A DNA stretch of 64,000 nucleotides from Haliotis rufescens (Eukaryota), in contig NW_025964290.1 in assembly GCF_023055435.1 (NCBI RefSeq), positions 2,170,001 through 2,234,000 of the forward strand. Direction: 5' to 3'. A model generated the notes under the pieces. It had not been told where the DNA came from. It was given only the letters and a program-made list of their open reading frames with translations, and searched no databases. Shown here one piece after another: positions 52,693 to 64,000 of the stretch (positions are counted from its first letter, which is position 1; each line of letters starts with the position of its first letter). The position numbers were made by a program, and so were the translations under genes.

Positions 52693-53035
52693 GTATCTTT
52701 GCTTTGAAAATCAGAGGTTGGCAGAGCCTTTGGTGGAATCAATTTTGTGTCTACATGTATTTGTCACCGAAATAGAGATTATCATATGCGGAATGAAAAT
52801 TACGATCGTTTTGGGCGCATAAACAAAATAATTGAATTTGAAGCCGTTTTACGCTTAAAGGCTCTGTCAGATTTGGTGCAGACGGGTTCTATAAAATGAA
52901 TCCGACGTTTTGGGACGTACGTGCTCCGGTGTTCAAGGCGGTAGTGCTGGCGGTATAGCGGGGTGCAGGGTATTTTCACGACCTGCACGGTTTTCAGCAT
53001 CAAAGGACAGTGTGTGTTAAACTGTCAGACTTCAA

Positions 53036-53312
53036 GGGGCACGGGTGGCCCAGTCGTCTAAGGCGCCGCGATTCGCTGTGCAGAGTTGCGTCCCTTGGGC
53101 ACGCCAGAAACTTATGATTGTGGGTTCGAATCCCGGTTCGCCCCGATTGGGTTTCTAGGTTTGTCAGCACCTTACCCGTGCTCGTGGGTTTCACCGAAGA
53201 GGTAAACGCCTGAGACCTGCATCACTTCGGGCTTTCCTCTCACATTAAGCTAACACGCCGTGATATAACTGGAATACTGATAAAAACGGCGTAAAACCCA
53301 ACTCACTCACTC
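53036..53312 (+). mobile_element. SINE family C, best full-length copy
   Basis: A-box-like tggcccagtcgtctaaggcg (tRNA-Leu/Ser style), B box gggttcgaatccc; TSD tg(t/a)cagacttc(a/c)a at 53023-53035 and 53316-53328. Confidence 0.94.
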
Positions 53313-53429
53313 CAGTGACAGACTTCCATAACATGGTAGCTGTTGTAACTGTTCCTTTGGTAGCAGACAATACAGTAGCAACAGCCGTTATATTGATAGC
53401 AACAGCAACACTAGTTGTGGCTGTGGCAC

Positions 53430-53456
53430 AGCAGCAGTAGAAGCAGTAGTAGCTGT

Positions 53457-53503
<47 letters not shown>

Positions 53504-53540
53504 AAGCAGGAAGAGGAGGAGGTGCAGCAGCAGTAGTATT
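53430..53540. repeat. (GCA)n(GTA)n microsatellite
   Basis: Direct trinucleotide runs. Confidence 0.9.
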
Positions 53541-53561
53541 AGATGAAGTAGAGTTGATCGT

Positions 53562-53706
53562 CTCGCCGCTTGTAGCAATATTCCAGCAATATCACGGCGG
53601 GGGACACCAAGAATGGGCTTAACATATTGTACCCATGTCGGGAATTCAATCCTGGTCTTTTTCTAGACGTGCGAACGCTTTGACCACGAGGCTACCCCAC
53701 CGTCCG
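53562..53706 (-). mobile_element. SINE family A, diverged
   Basis: Reverse A body and head. Confidence 0.85.
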
Positions 53707-54476
53707 TTTTCTCAGTGTAAAGCAATATAGAGAAATTTTATAATCACGTTGAAGATTTTTTTCACCGAACACTTCGTGCTCCCAAGATCTGTTCTCTCAT
53801 TACAAGCACATTCACTTAACAGTGACGTAAAATTGGGCTTTTTGTTCCCTTTGCAAATTAGAAATAAAAAAAGCCGTCATTTCTGCATCGTTTTCAATTC
53901 AGCGAAAACTTAATTTCCTGACCCTTTGATCATTTCTAAAGAAGTTGTACTTTCTTTTGAAAGGATGTGAGGTCCCGAATCAACGCGAGAGAAGACGAGA
54001 CAAGGCGAGACATGTGCATTACGTAATCTTGGTTTAAATGGCATCTTGATCATAAACAATTTAACGTTGTCAAATTTCACGGTATTAATCCGCATGATAG
54101 CACTACACGCGCGTGTGGCCATGACCCCAATACTCGCGTGTTACGTGAGAGGGTAACTCCTCTCTTTGATCTCCCCATAATTCTCTGCTCCTAATTGTGA
54201 GATTGACTTGAATTGTATTAGGCTTGTGCTGTAAAAAATCCAGCTGACATCTTCCCGTGACGTCGCTATTGTGTAGTGAAGCGAGGAGACAGGTGATAGT
54301 GGCGGAAGGATAAGTTAGCCGGAAGTGAGTGATTAGTTTCCAATGTTGTGTTGTTCCAATTAAAATTGATTATCCTAGATAATTACTGAACCATAAAAAG
54401 GGTATTTTTAACAGTTGGGTTTTGGACATTTTTTGCAAATTTATTTTAAATTATCAGTGGCGGTTTTTGGCATCGA

Positions 54477-54637
54477 GGGCGGTGGGGTAGCCCAGTGGTT
54501 AAAGCGTTCGCTCGTCACGCCTAAGACACGGTTTCGATTCCCGACATGGGTACAATGTGTTCCGGTGTCCCCCCCCCCCCGTCGTGATATTGCTGGAATA
54601 TTGCTAAACTCGGCGTAAAATCAAACTCACTTACTCA
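54477..54637 (+). mobile_element. SINE family A
   Basis: Full head; ttggcatcga on both flanks. Confidence 0.9.
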
Positions 54638-55401
54638 TCCCCACTGTTGGCATCGATATAACATATAAAAGCCCACACAAACTATTTAGTATGAACTATG
54701 ACACGTCCAGTTGATTGTCCTCATTATTTGAAACATTCAACAAATAAACTCTCAAACGTCTTCCCGTTATCATCATGATTGTGATTTATTAAGTTCATTC
54801 CCGTCAATTGTTTGACTTTATTTTAAGTCTTTAGACTTGATTAATGTAATTAGAACTCGATTATTTATTTGTTACAGTTCACGTCATTATCTATAGCAAT
54901 TTCAATTTCCCACTGAATACGTCTTTGTTCGTTGGCTAATATTTGTCTCCATGTTATCGACTGGTAGTGACTTGATGATCAGCGCGGCACGAGGTATCGT
55001 TTCAACACTCCTACACGTTATCACAATGATCACATTTGCCATGCGTTATTACAAGGTCGTTTTAAACAGAATCCAGGAACTGTCAAACAAGGAGATTTCT
55101 TTTATCCCAACTTTCTGATTGAGCACACCCCGGTTATCGATCTGTAATAGTCAGGAGCGTTTTGATCGCAGTGTCAACCTAAACACCTATTTACATCCGG
55201 GTGAGCAAATATGATCAGAAAGGTCACGTCAAAGCTTCCTTTTCGATCTTTGGCTGGGTCTGCAGTCGAAACAATGCCGGTTATTTGATATCACTATGAT
55301 ATGCCATTAGCATTTCAGTTATGTATTCATTACAAACAAACACACCCATTCCCACTCCAGCCCGCCACTCTCAACATCCTGGACCCGCCTCAGTACATAT
55401 C

Positions 55402-55670
55402 GGAAGCACGGGTGTCCCAGTCGTGTAAGGCGCAGCAATGTACTGTATAGAGTTGCGTCCCTTAGGTACGCCAGAAACCTATGAGCATGGGTTCAAATCC
55501 CTGTTCGCCCGATTATGTTTCGAGGTTTGTCAGCCCACAACACTTGTTCGGGGTTTCAACGAAGTGGTAAACGTCTGAGACCTGCATCACCTCGGGCTTT
55601 CCTCCCACATTATGCTGCCACGCCGTGATATACTGAAATACGGAGTTAAACCCAACTCACTCACTCACTC
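55402..55670 (+). mobile_element. SINE family C, diverged full length
   Basis: TSD gtacatatc at 55393-55401 and 55672-55680. Confidence 0.88.
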
Positions 55671-56018
55671 TGTACATATCCAACAAGTCTGAAGTATATG
55701 TATGAAGCACCGCAACAACCCAAGAGCATTCCACACACCGAATGTCACCCCTGTACTGAGAGGGAGTACGGTAAGCCACTGAACGCTCCCTATCTGCCCC
55801 TTCAGGTACGCCGGACACCGAGACGCCGGACGCCGAGACATGTTGATTGGTATTCCGGATGCCACAGTGTAACACGCTGGGTGCCATGCCATCTGTTACG
55901 CAGATGCCAATATTTCAATGATGAAATATATTTTTCGTCTTTTTTTTCGAAAAGAATGACAAATCAATATTTAGCCCTCAGCTCATGAGCACGCATTGTC
56001 ATGCTTTCTATGTGACAA

Positions 56019-56370
56019 GACCGCCTCCGTGGTCTAATGGTAGAGCGTCCGCCCGGAGAGCGGAAGGTCCGGGGTTCGATCCCCAGCCGCGTCATACCAA
56101 AAGACGTTAAAAGATGGTACTTGTTGTTACCCTGTCTGGCGCTCGGCATTAAGGGGCTAAAACAAGGACTGGTCGACTCGGAGTCAATATACTGTGTCTG
56201 AGTTGGGTATTCATGTTAAACTGCGGCATGGTATCTCAGTGTGCTAGCATTATAAATCGGCATCAGTCTGGACTAGTACAAGCAGCTACACACACACATA
56301 CACGTGCATGCACGTCGCTATATAAGTGCAATAATCTTGGACGCGACGTTAAACCCCATTTCACCTCACC
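56019..56370 (+). mobile_element. SINE family D (V-SINE), best full-length copy
   Basis: Complete head, V-like domain and tail; tat(g/t)tgaca on both flanks. Confidence 0.93.
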
Positions 56371-56824
56371 TTATATTTGACAGTCCTAGTCTAATTTACT
56401 TGTTTTAGCTGCCAAGACAAATGAAGTGACAGGCCGGATGCCCAGAGAGTGGGTTGCGAGTGGCACCCTCCTATCTCAGATCTAGAGTATGGCTGCCTGT
56501 CGAACTATTTTCAAACATTATTCATATCCATATATGTTGCGAATTTCCAATTTTCTAGCTAAATTTAGCAAAAGAATCTTCAGGAACCAGCGACAGCATC
56601 TTGGATGCAACCACACCCAACTTCGGTCGATATTTGTACTTTTCAAACAAAATACGTCAAACATGTCATCTAGCGAGACCGTCGACATTATACAAAACTA
56701 CACATTGTGTCCCACAATCAAGGACGTCGCAACAGTTTGGGTAAGTCGTCATGCCCCCTGGAGGTAGTGTACCACTCACGGTCGCTCAAGGGAGACAACT
56801 TGTGGTGACATTGCTGCAACATCA

Positions 56825-57097
56825 GGGGTGCGGGTGGCCCACTCGTCTACGGCGCCGTAATTCGTGGTGCAGAGTTGCGTCACTTAGGCACGCCAGAAAC
56901 CTATGCTTGTAGGTTCGAATCCCGGTTCCGCCCGATCATGTTTGTGAACACCATATACGTGCTCGTGGGTTTCACCGACGTGGTAAACGTCTGACACCTG
57001 CATCTCACAGGGGTTTCCTCCCACATTAAGCTGATACATAAGCGTTATATAACTGGAATACTCTTTAAAGCGGCGTTAAACCCAACTCACTCACTTA
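56825..57097 (+). mobile_element. SINE family C, full length
   Basis: TSD ctgcaac(a/t)tca. Confidence 0.9.
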
Positions 57098-57159
57098 CTA
57101 CTGCAACTTCAAAAGTCTCACCATAAAGTCCCCGACATATATTTACGTCTTAGATTTCA

Positions 57160-57316
57160 AGGGGGTGGTCGGGTAGCCTAGTGGTTAAAGCATTTGCTCG
57201 TCACGCCGAAGACCCGGATTAGATTTCCGATGTGGGTACAATGTGTGAAGCCCATTTCTGGTGTCCCCATTGCTGGCATAGCGCTAAAAGCGGCGTAAAA
57301 CCATACTCACTCACTC
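57160..57316 (+). mobile_element. SINE family A
   Basis: Head and tail present; agatttc on both flanks. Confidence 0.88.
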
Positions 57317-57789
57317 TAAGATTTCGGTAAAACACTTCCATAAAAAAAACCTCGCGTCTGAAGAAACCCACAAGTCTCGTCATGGCAGAAAGGGGGATGG
57401 GTACAGGCTGCTGAGGCTGAGCAAGGGATGAGAATGGAACAAGGTGCCGCGTTACCAAGTATTTACTCTTTGGGCCGTTAGGGAGACGAGTGTCAGGCTG
57501 GAGCACATTCTCAGTGACCTGGACAAGGCTTCAGCTGTTGAATGTGTTTCCTACAGAGTGCATAAACTGTCCATCAGTGGGTGTCGGGTAACGCTCGTCC
57601 TCCATTGCTCCTCCACCCGCTGTGTCCGGCGTATCAGATCTCACCTGAGTCATCGGTGACGTTGGCTGATGTCGCCGGTATTACTCACGTGTTTGTGCCG
57701 CAGTGCACGTTGTCATTAGGTGAGAATTAATCACTTGTTGGTTAGGGCTTTTCTCAAAAGGAATCCCGCGGATAAATTTAACATAAGTA

Positions 57790-58128
57790 CCACCACCAGG
57801 CCTAAACCACCCCACCCCTACACACATCACCACACACCAGCCTATCACACACGTCCCTCACCCCGCCACCCGCCACCCACCACCCCCCAGACTCTAACCC
57901 ACGTCCCCCGGCCACCCAGCAGCCCATTACCCAGCTTCCCTCACCCCCCCCCCCCCCCCCCCCCCCGCCACTTACCACCACCCACCAGCCCATAACCCAC
58001 ATCCTTCACCCCACCCTTCACCGCCATACACCACCACCCACCAGCACGTAACCCACCTCCTTCACCCCATCCTTCCCCGCCAAACACCACCACACACCAG
58101 TCTATAACCCACGTCCCTCACCCCGCCT
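57790..58128. repeat. Degenerate C-rich tandem repeat with a poly-C tract
   Basis: Recurring caccac(a/c)caccagc...aacccac...cctcacccc units. Confidence 0.8.
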
Positions 58129-58157
58129 GCTATCATCTGGTCACTAACACCTCTGAT

Positions 58158-58915
58158 CTCATTCACCATATAACGCTAGATCACGACAAGTGTAAGTCCT
58201 TGAACCGATTCTTGTACACTCAACTCATTCACCATATAACGCTAGATCACGACAAGTGTAAGTCCTTGAACCGATTCTTGTACACTCAACTCATTCACCA
58301 TATAACGCTAGATCACGACAAGTGTAGGTCCTTGAACCGATTCTTGTACTCTCAACTCATTCACCATATAACGCTAGATCACGACAAGTGTAGGTCCTTG
58401 AACCGATTCTTGTACACTCAACTCATTCACCATATAACGCTAGATCACGACAAGTGTAGGTCCTTGAACCGATTCTTGTACACTCAACTCATTCACAATA
58501 TAACGCTAGATCACGACAAGTGTAAGTCCTTGAACCGATTCTTGTACACTCAACTCATTCACCATATAACGCTAGATCACGACGAGTGTAAGTCCTTGAA
58601 CCGATTCTTGTACACTCAACTCATTCACCATATAACGCTAGATCACGACGAGTGTAAGTCCTTGAACCGATTCTTGTACACTCAACTCATTCACCATATA
58701 ACGCTAGATCACGACGAGTGTAAGTCCTTGAACCGATTCTTGTACACTCAACTCATTCACCATATAACGCTAGATCACGACGAGTGTAAGTCCTTGAACC
58801 GATTCTTGTACACTCAACTCATTCACCATATAACGCTAGATCACGACGAGTGTAAGTCCTTGAACCGATTCTTGTACACTCAACTCATTCACCATATAAT
58901 GTCAGATCACTACAA
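58158..58915. repeat. 66 bp minisatellite, ~11.4 units
   Basis: Unit ctcattcaccatataacgctagatcacgacragtgtargtccttgaaccgattcttgtacactcaa. Confidence 0.98.
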
Positions 58916-58943
58916 CACTACACCATCACTGCATCAGCCAATC

Positions 58944-60228
58944 ACACCCTTGGTGTCTCCTTGACCAGGGGATGATAGATCTGTACCCCTGATGTCTCCT
59001 TGACCAGGGGATGATAGATCTGTACACCTGATGTCTCCTTGACCAGGGGATGATAGATCTGTACCCCTGATGTCTCCTTGACCAGGGGATGATAGATCTG
59101 TACACCTGATGTCTCCTTGACCAGGGGATGATAGATATGTACACCTGATGTCTCCTTGACCAGGGGATGATAGATCTGTAACCCTGGTGTCTCCTTGACC
59201 AGGGGATGATAGATCTGTACACCTGATGTCTCCTTGACCAGGGGATGATAGATCTGTACACCTGATGCCTCCTTGATCAGGGGATGATAGATCTGTACCC
59301 CTGATGTCTCCTTGACCAGGGGATGATAGATCTGTACACCTGATGTCTCCTTGACCAGGGGATGATAGATCTGTACCCCTGGTGTCTCCTTGACCAGGGG
59401 ATGATAGATCTGTACCCCTAATGTCTCCTTGACCAGGGGATGATAGATCTGTACCCCTAATGTCTCCTTGACCAGGGGATGATAGATCTGTACCCCTGAT
59501 GTCTCCTTGACAGGAGATGATAGATCTGTACCCCTGATGCCTCCTTGACCAGGGGATGATAGATCTTTACCCCTGGTGTCTCCTTGACCAGGGGATGATA
59601 GATCTGTACACCTGATGCCTCCTTGACCAGGGATGATAGATCTGTACACCTGATGCCTCCTTGACCAGGGATGATAGATCTGTACACCTGATGCCTCCTT
59701 GACTAGGGATGATAGATCGGTACACCTGATGCCTCCTTGACCAGGGATGATAGATCTGTATACCGGATGCCTCCTTGACCAGGGATGATAGATCTGTACA
59801 CCTGGTGTCTCCTTGACCAGGGGATGATAGATCTGTACACCTGATGTCTCCTTGACCAGGAGATGATAGATCTGTACACCTGGTGTCTCCTTGACCAGGG
59901 GATGATAGATCTGTACACCTGATGTCTCCTTGACCAGGAGATGATAGATCTGTACACCTGATGTCTCCTTGACCAGGGGATGATAGATCTGTACACCTGA
60001 TGACTCCTTGACCAGGGGATGATAGATCTGTACACCTGATGCCTCCTTGACAGGGGATGATAGATCTGTACACCTGATGCCTCCTTGACCAGGGATGATA
60101 GATCTGTACACCTGATGTCTCCTTGACCGGAGGATGATAGATCTGTACACCTGATGTCTCCTTGACCAGGGGATGATAGATCTGTACACCTGATGCCTCC
60201 TTGACCAGGGATGATAGATCTGTACACC
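58944..60228. repeat. 38-39 bp minisatellite, ~33 units
   Basis: Unit acacctgatgyctccttgaccaggg(g)atgatagatctgt. Confidence 0.98.
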
Positions 60229-62609
60229 GCTGAGATAATCCTGTGAAGTGTTATTCCAACACTGGACCCTGACGCTACAACAACCTGTTGTTTTGCCTCC
60301 ATCCATCATCTCGGACGTCTAATGTCCGGGGGTCCGTCCCGACTGACTAATCAGCTCTTGTTCGACCATGAGTCAAACACACACACATTAATCAAACATC
60401 CATACGCCATTTAACTGTCATCGACACGTCACGTCAGCGAGCACCTGCTACACGGCCACCGTGACGTAAATTTACGTTTGCCGCTCATCCAATATTCTAA
60501 TATCAGTTAATGCGTGTTGCTTTCGTGTGGAGAATTCAGTCACACAGTTTACCTAGCATTGCTCCAAGTCTGTACCGAGTGAGATGTCCATGGTAACATG
60601 TAGTGTGATTATCTCTTCACAATAGCCAAGTCCAGATAAGCGGAGGACGACAGTCGTTTCTAGGAACATCTTGTACTCGTTATTTATATACTCGTAAACT
60701 TGGAATTATGCTAGTAACTATTAATCATACTTAGGGACGTCTGCAGGTAGTAGTTGACGTGTGTGTTATAATATAAAGACAAGTATTAGTAGTCGCGGTA
60801 GCAATAGCAATAGCTGTCCTGTACCATGACTGTGGAATATATATTTTTAGGCTTTTTTTACTAAAAGCCCAGGTAAGTCTAGATCAAACTAACCAAGTCT
60901 GCTCGATTCCACATGTGCAAACTGCTGGAGTGGAAAGGTTCTTTCAAAGAAAATAAATAAATATGTTAAGCATGTTTTCATTGACTAAGTGTTAAACTAT
61001 AGCAGTAGTAGAGGTGGCAGTAGTGTGAATTAAATCTCCATTCTATTATGATATATAGAATGGAGATGTGATGTACTGGGCAATGGAAGATGATGGATCA
61101 AGCTGAAGATAAAGATACGGGCTATGATGAAGACAACGATTCTGAAGATGGCGACATTGTCGCGTCGACGACAGCAACTAATGGCGTTTGTTCAGGTCGT
61201 GGAGGTAGTGACGCTAACCGCACGTCGCTTATCTCCAATGTGATGAAATATTCAGCAGGGTAGAAAGAGGTCATTAGAAGTCGACAAAACACGTACTACT
61301 TTCCTCGCTACTAATAGACGAAGTACAATTCCCCACTGCCTCGTGACAATTAATCATAACTGTGACACGATAGTGAATTATTTACTCATATTGATTCAAT
61401 AACGATTAATTTGAGTTAATTACTTTTCCTTCTAGGATAATGTTTCTTAAAACACCTATCTTGTTTACAAAATGTATATAGCTGTCTATTTCCGAATCTC
61501 ATTAGCGAGAACACTGTGCTAGAAGCGTTGCATGACGTCAGTGGGAAATTGATGATATGATTCTGGGGGTGTAGAATCCGATATCCTTTGTTAGTGGTGT
61601 TGTACCGTTACATCAATGTTGCATGATACCAGACGCCTTCGCAGGAGACAACAATGAAGTGAACTTTGGGGACGTTGGCGAACTAAAATAGACTCATTAA
61701 CAAAGGGGTATGATTGATGGCGACGAAGTTGACTCTGTTTGACATCATATTTCACCCTTTCATGTTTTGTTCCAAGTTAATCCTCGTCGGATAAGAATCT
61801 ATGATCCAGGGATTACGATTTGTTTACCGGGCCGCCATACTTGATCCAAATGAAAATGTCGTCTGCCGTCGCCAAAATGGCGGGAAATGAGCCGTGAAGA
61901 TCGCCCAGTAGCTAAACTAATGACGGCGCCGTGTTGTTGATGTGATGTTGCATGTTTGTCCAATTACAATAACAGTGATCCCAGATCGTTCTCCGACCCT
62001 TTCACCTCGGATTTAATTTGAACGAAGGGAGTAATCAAGCCTCAATTTGCTCAGCTCGAAACAAAATACCGCGGTCTCGGGTATTGATCAGATTTGGCGC
62101 AAGCTGACCCCACGGGACCTGCCCTTCCGTCAGCAGATGTGACCAGTGGTCATTAGAACGCTGCACGTGTAACACATGAGTCCGGACAATGTTCGCGCTG
62201 TCCTTTCCGTCCCTCGTGGACGGTCAAACCGCACTCAGGTCCACTCCTGCCCAGACACGTAAGACGGATGTGTCGGCCAGCTGACCAGTGTATCGGCTGG
62301 ATGATTGTGGTCAACGAACTGAGTTGGACTGATTCTTCTAATTAGGATAAGATTTCCATTGAACTTTGTCACTGTTGTAATTGATAATGAACTGAATGAG
62401 AGGTAATTGGCTCCAGCCGATATTTGCTTCGAAGTGATAATTGTCTTAGGTAGTGCAGTGTTGCGGCGTTCGAGGCCTTGGTGGGGCTTTCTGGGTTATT
62501 TTGTGGGGGCCACGTGGAAACCGTCTCCACGTGTGACGCACTGGTGTCAGAATTGTGTCCTTCTGGTTCCCTGTTTTGATTTGTGTCATGTCGTCCCGTC
62601 GAGTGAGCA

Positions 62610-62760
62610 ATTGTCTTGCCTTTGCATGTGTTTGTGATGGGTGTTACCAATGGGGCAGGATACGTTCCCATTTTCTCCGATACTTGGTGTCTACACTATT
62701 CGATAAAGGTTCATAAACACATGCTCATGACATTGTCGGAATCTTACAATGGACTCGGCA
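62610..62760 (+). mobile_element. Second degenerate copy of the Penelope-like 3' region
   Basis: Aligns by eye with 30860-31000 (cttgcctttgca...tttgtga.gggtg...ggggcaggatacgttc...aaacacatgctc...gtcggaatc). Confidence 0.7.
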
Positions 62761-63249
62761 TTTAGCAGACATTTTTTTATTGTTATGGACAGTGTTTTTG
62801 TGGCTCGTATTGTAAATCTCTGCGTCAGGATTCTGTAACCTGGGTACCCAACGATTGTCTTTTTATTTGAGCAAATGTTACTCTAATTTCTTTATTTCCC
62901 CCCTGGTTTCAATAAAGTTTCACTGAAATTTGTGTTAAGAGTTATCACACTTGTACGTAGGAATTGTGTAAAATTATACGAGGGTAAGAAATTGAAGCGG
63001 AAAGGGTCGATGCACAAATGTGTTTCAGCCTTAAACCGTTGACATTCACGATTTTGCGAGACAGAACAAAAAACGTAATTTTTCAAGACGTGGATTGTTT
63101 TTACGTCGTGACACATGCCTTAGACATTTGAAAGCCGCTTGCACGGGTCCGGGATTCGAACTCACGATCATACGTTTGTGCCAAGGGACTCTACTCGTCA
63201 CAGCGATTGGCAATTGGGCCACCCGTGCTCAAACCCGAGTTAGTCTTTA

Positions 63250-63403
63250 CTGACGGGATCGGGTGGTCATTCTCTGTGACTTGGTTGATGCATGTCATCT
63301 TATCCCAAATACGTGAATCGCTTTTCATTATGTCAATCACTGGATTGTCTGGTCCCTACTCGATTATTTACAGACTGCCGTCATATAACTGGAATATTGC
63401 TGA
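63250..63403 (+). mobile_element. Family B, internal fragment
   Basis: acgggatcgggtggtca...ctggaatattgctga. Confidence 0.85.
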
Positions 63404-63714
63404 CGTACACACCTACTTTGGTCCGAATCGGTAGAAAAATAAACACAGTTGGGCAAAATAGCAAAGGACAAAACAAACTTTAGAAATATTCTCCCTGGAT
63501 TTATTCCATTCGGAAAATAACGTAAATATCCGGCGAATAACGTATTGCACAATTAATTCGAGATACAAAAAATGCGGTCGGTATGTTGCAAATGTCATGC
63601 CCCCCGTTCGGCAATTCTAGCGGGTAAGATAAGAAATGTACCCCACGGTTATCGGGTACATTGACGCTACCAGAATCGGGCACAGTCCATCAAGGTAGCA
63701 CAACAGTTGTATGA

Positions 63715-63880
63715 GTGAGTGAGTGAGTATGGTTTAACGCCGCTTTTAGCAATATTCCAGCAATATCACGGCGGGGGACACCAGAAATGGGCTTCACACA
63801 TTGTACCCATGTCGGGAATCGAACCCAGGTCTTCGGCGTGACGAGCGAACGCTTTAACCACTAGGCTACCCGACCGCCCC
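63715..63880 (-). mobile_element. SINE family A, young full-length copy
   Basis: Perfect 16 bp TSD cacaacagttgtatga at 63699-63714 and 63881-63896. Confidence 0.96.
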
Positions 63881-64000
63881 CACAACAGTTGTATGACTAA
63901 GACTGATCGTTAATCGGCATTCGATATGTCATATTGCAATGTCACGTCGTCGCATCGAACGATAAGACCCGAATACAAAGACAAAAACAAGGTGTTTTGC

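Noticed and set aside
58200-60309. 254 aa His/Cys repeat ORF and 455 aa reverse ORF
   Set aside because: Near-identical DNA units with no synonymous divergence; the 38/39 bp unit mix shifts frame.
63795-63880. tRNA-Asp-like sequence, and similar heads of families A, C and D, as tRNA genes
   Set aside because: Each is attached to a SINE body, tail and TSD and lacks a proper acceptor stem.

Overview
This is repeat-dense, non-coding eukaryotic DNA. I found no supportable host protein-coding gene, rRNA, functional tRNA or CRISPR array, and all long ORFs in the track are read-throughs of minisatellites or SINEs. The repeat repertoire (V-domain/RUDI-like and Meta/MESC-like SINEs, Penelope-like RT debris) points to a mollusc, probably a gastropod such as abalone; this is inference. 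Four short retroposon families with related 3' tails dominate: A (tRNA-Asp-like head), B (no tRNA head at its 5' end, instead a compact structured-RNA-like head), C (tRNA-Leu/Ser-like head with a stretched A-B spacer) and D (V-SINE). Also present are six large minisatellites (13, 23, 36, 39, 66 and 106 bp units), several MITEs and Penelope-like fragments. Best leads: (1) the precisely terminated, pseudoknot-capable head of family B, a candidate ribozyme or RNA promoter; (2) minimal hammerhead-like motifs in an inverted Penelope-like terminal repeat; (3) 25-34 bp TIR-only relics resembling P-element excision footprints; (4) minisatellites apparently born from SINE ends; (5) a SINE-mediated ~0.55 kb inversion and a ~90-100 bp target-site duplication (TSD). 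Family names come from recalled resemblance, not database searches.
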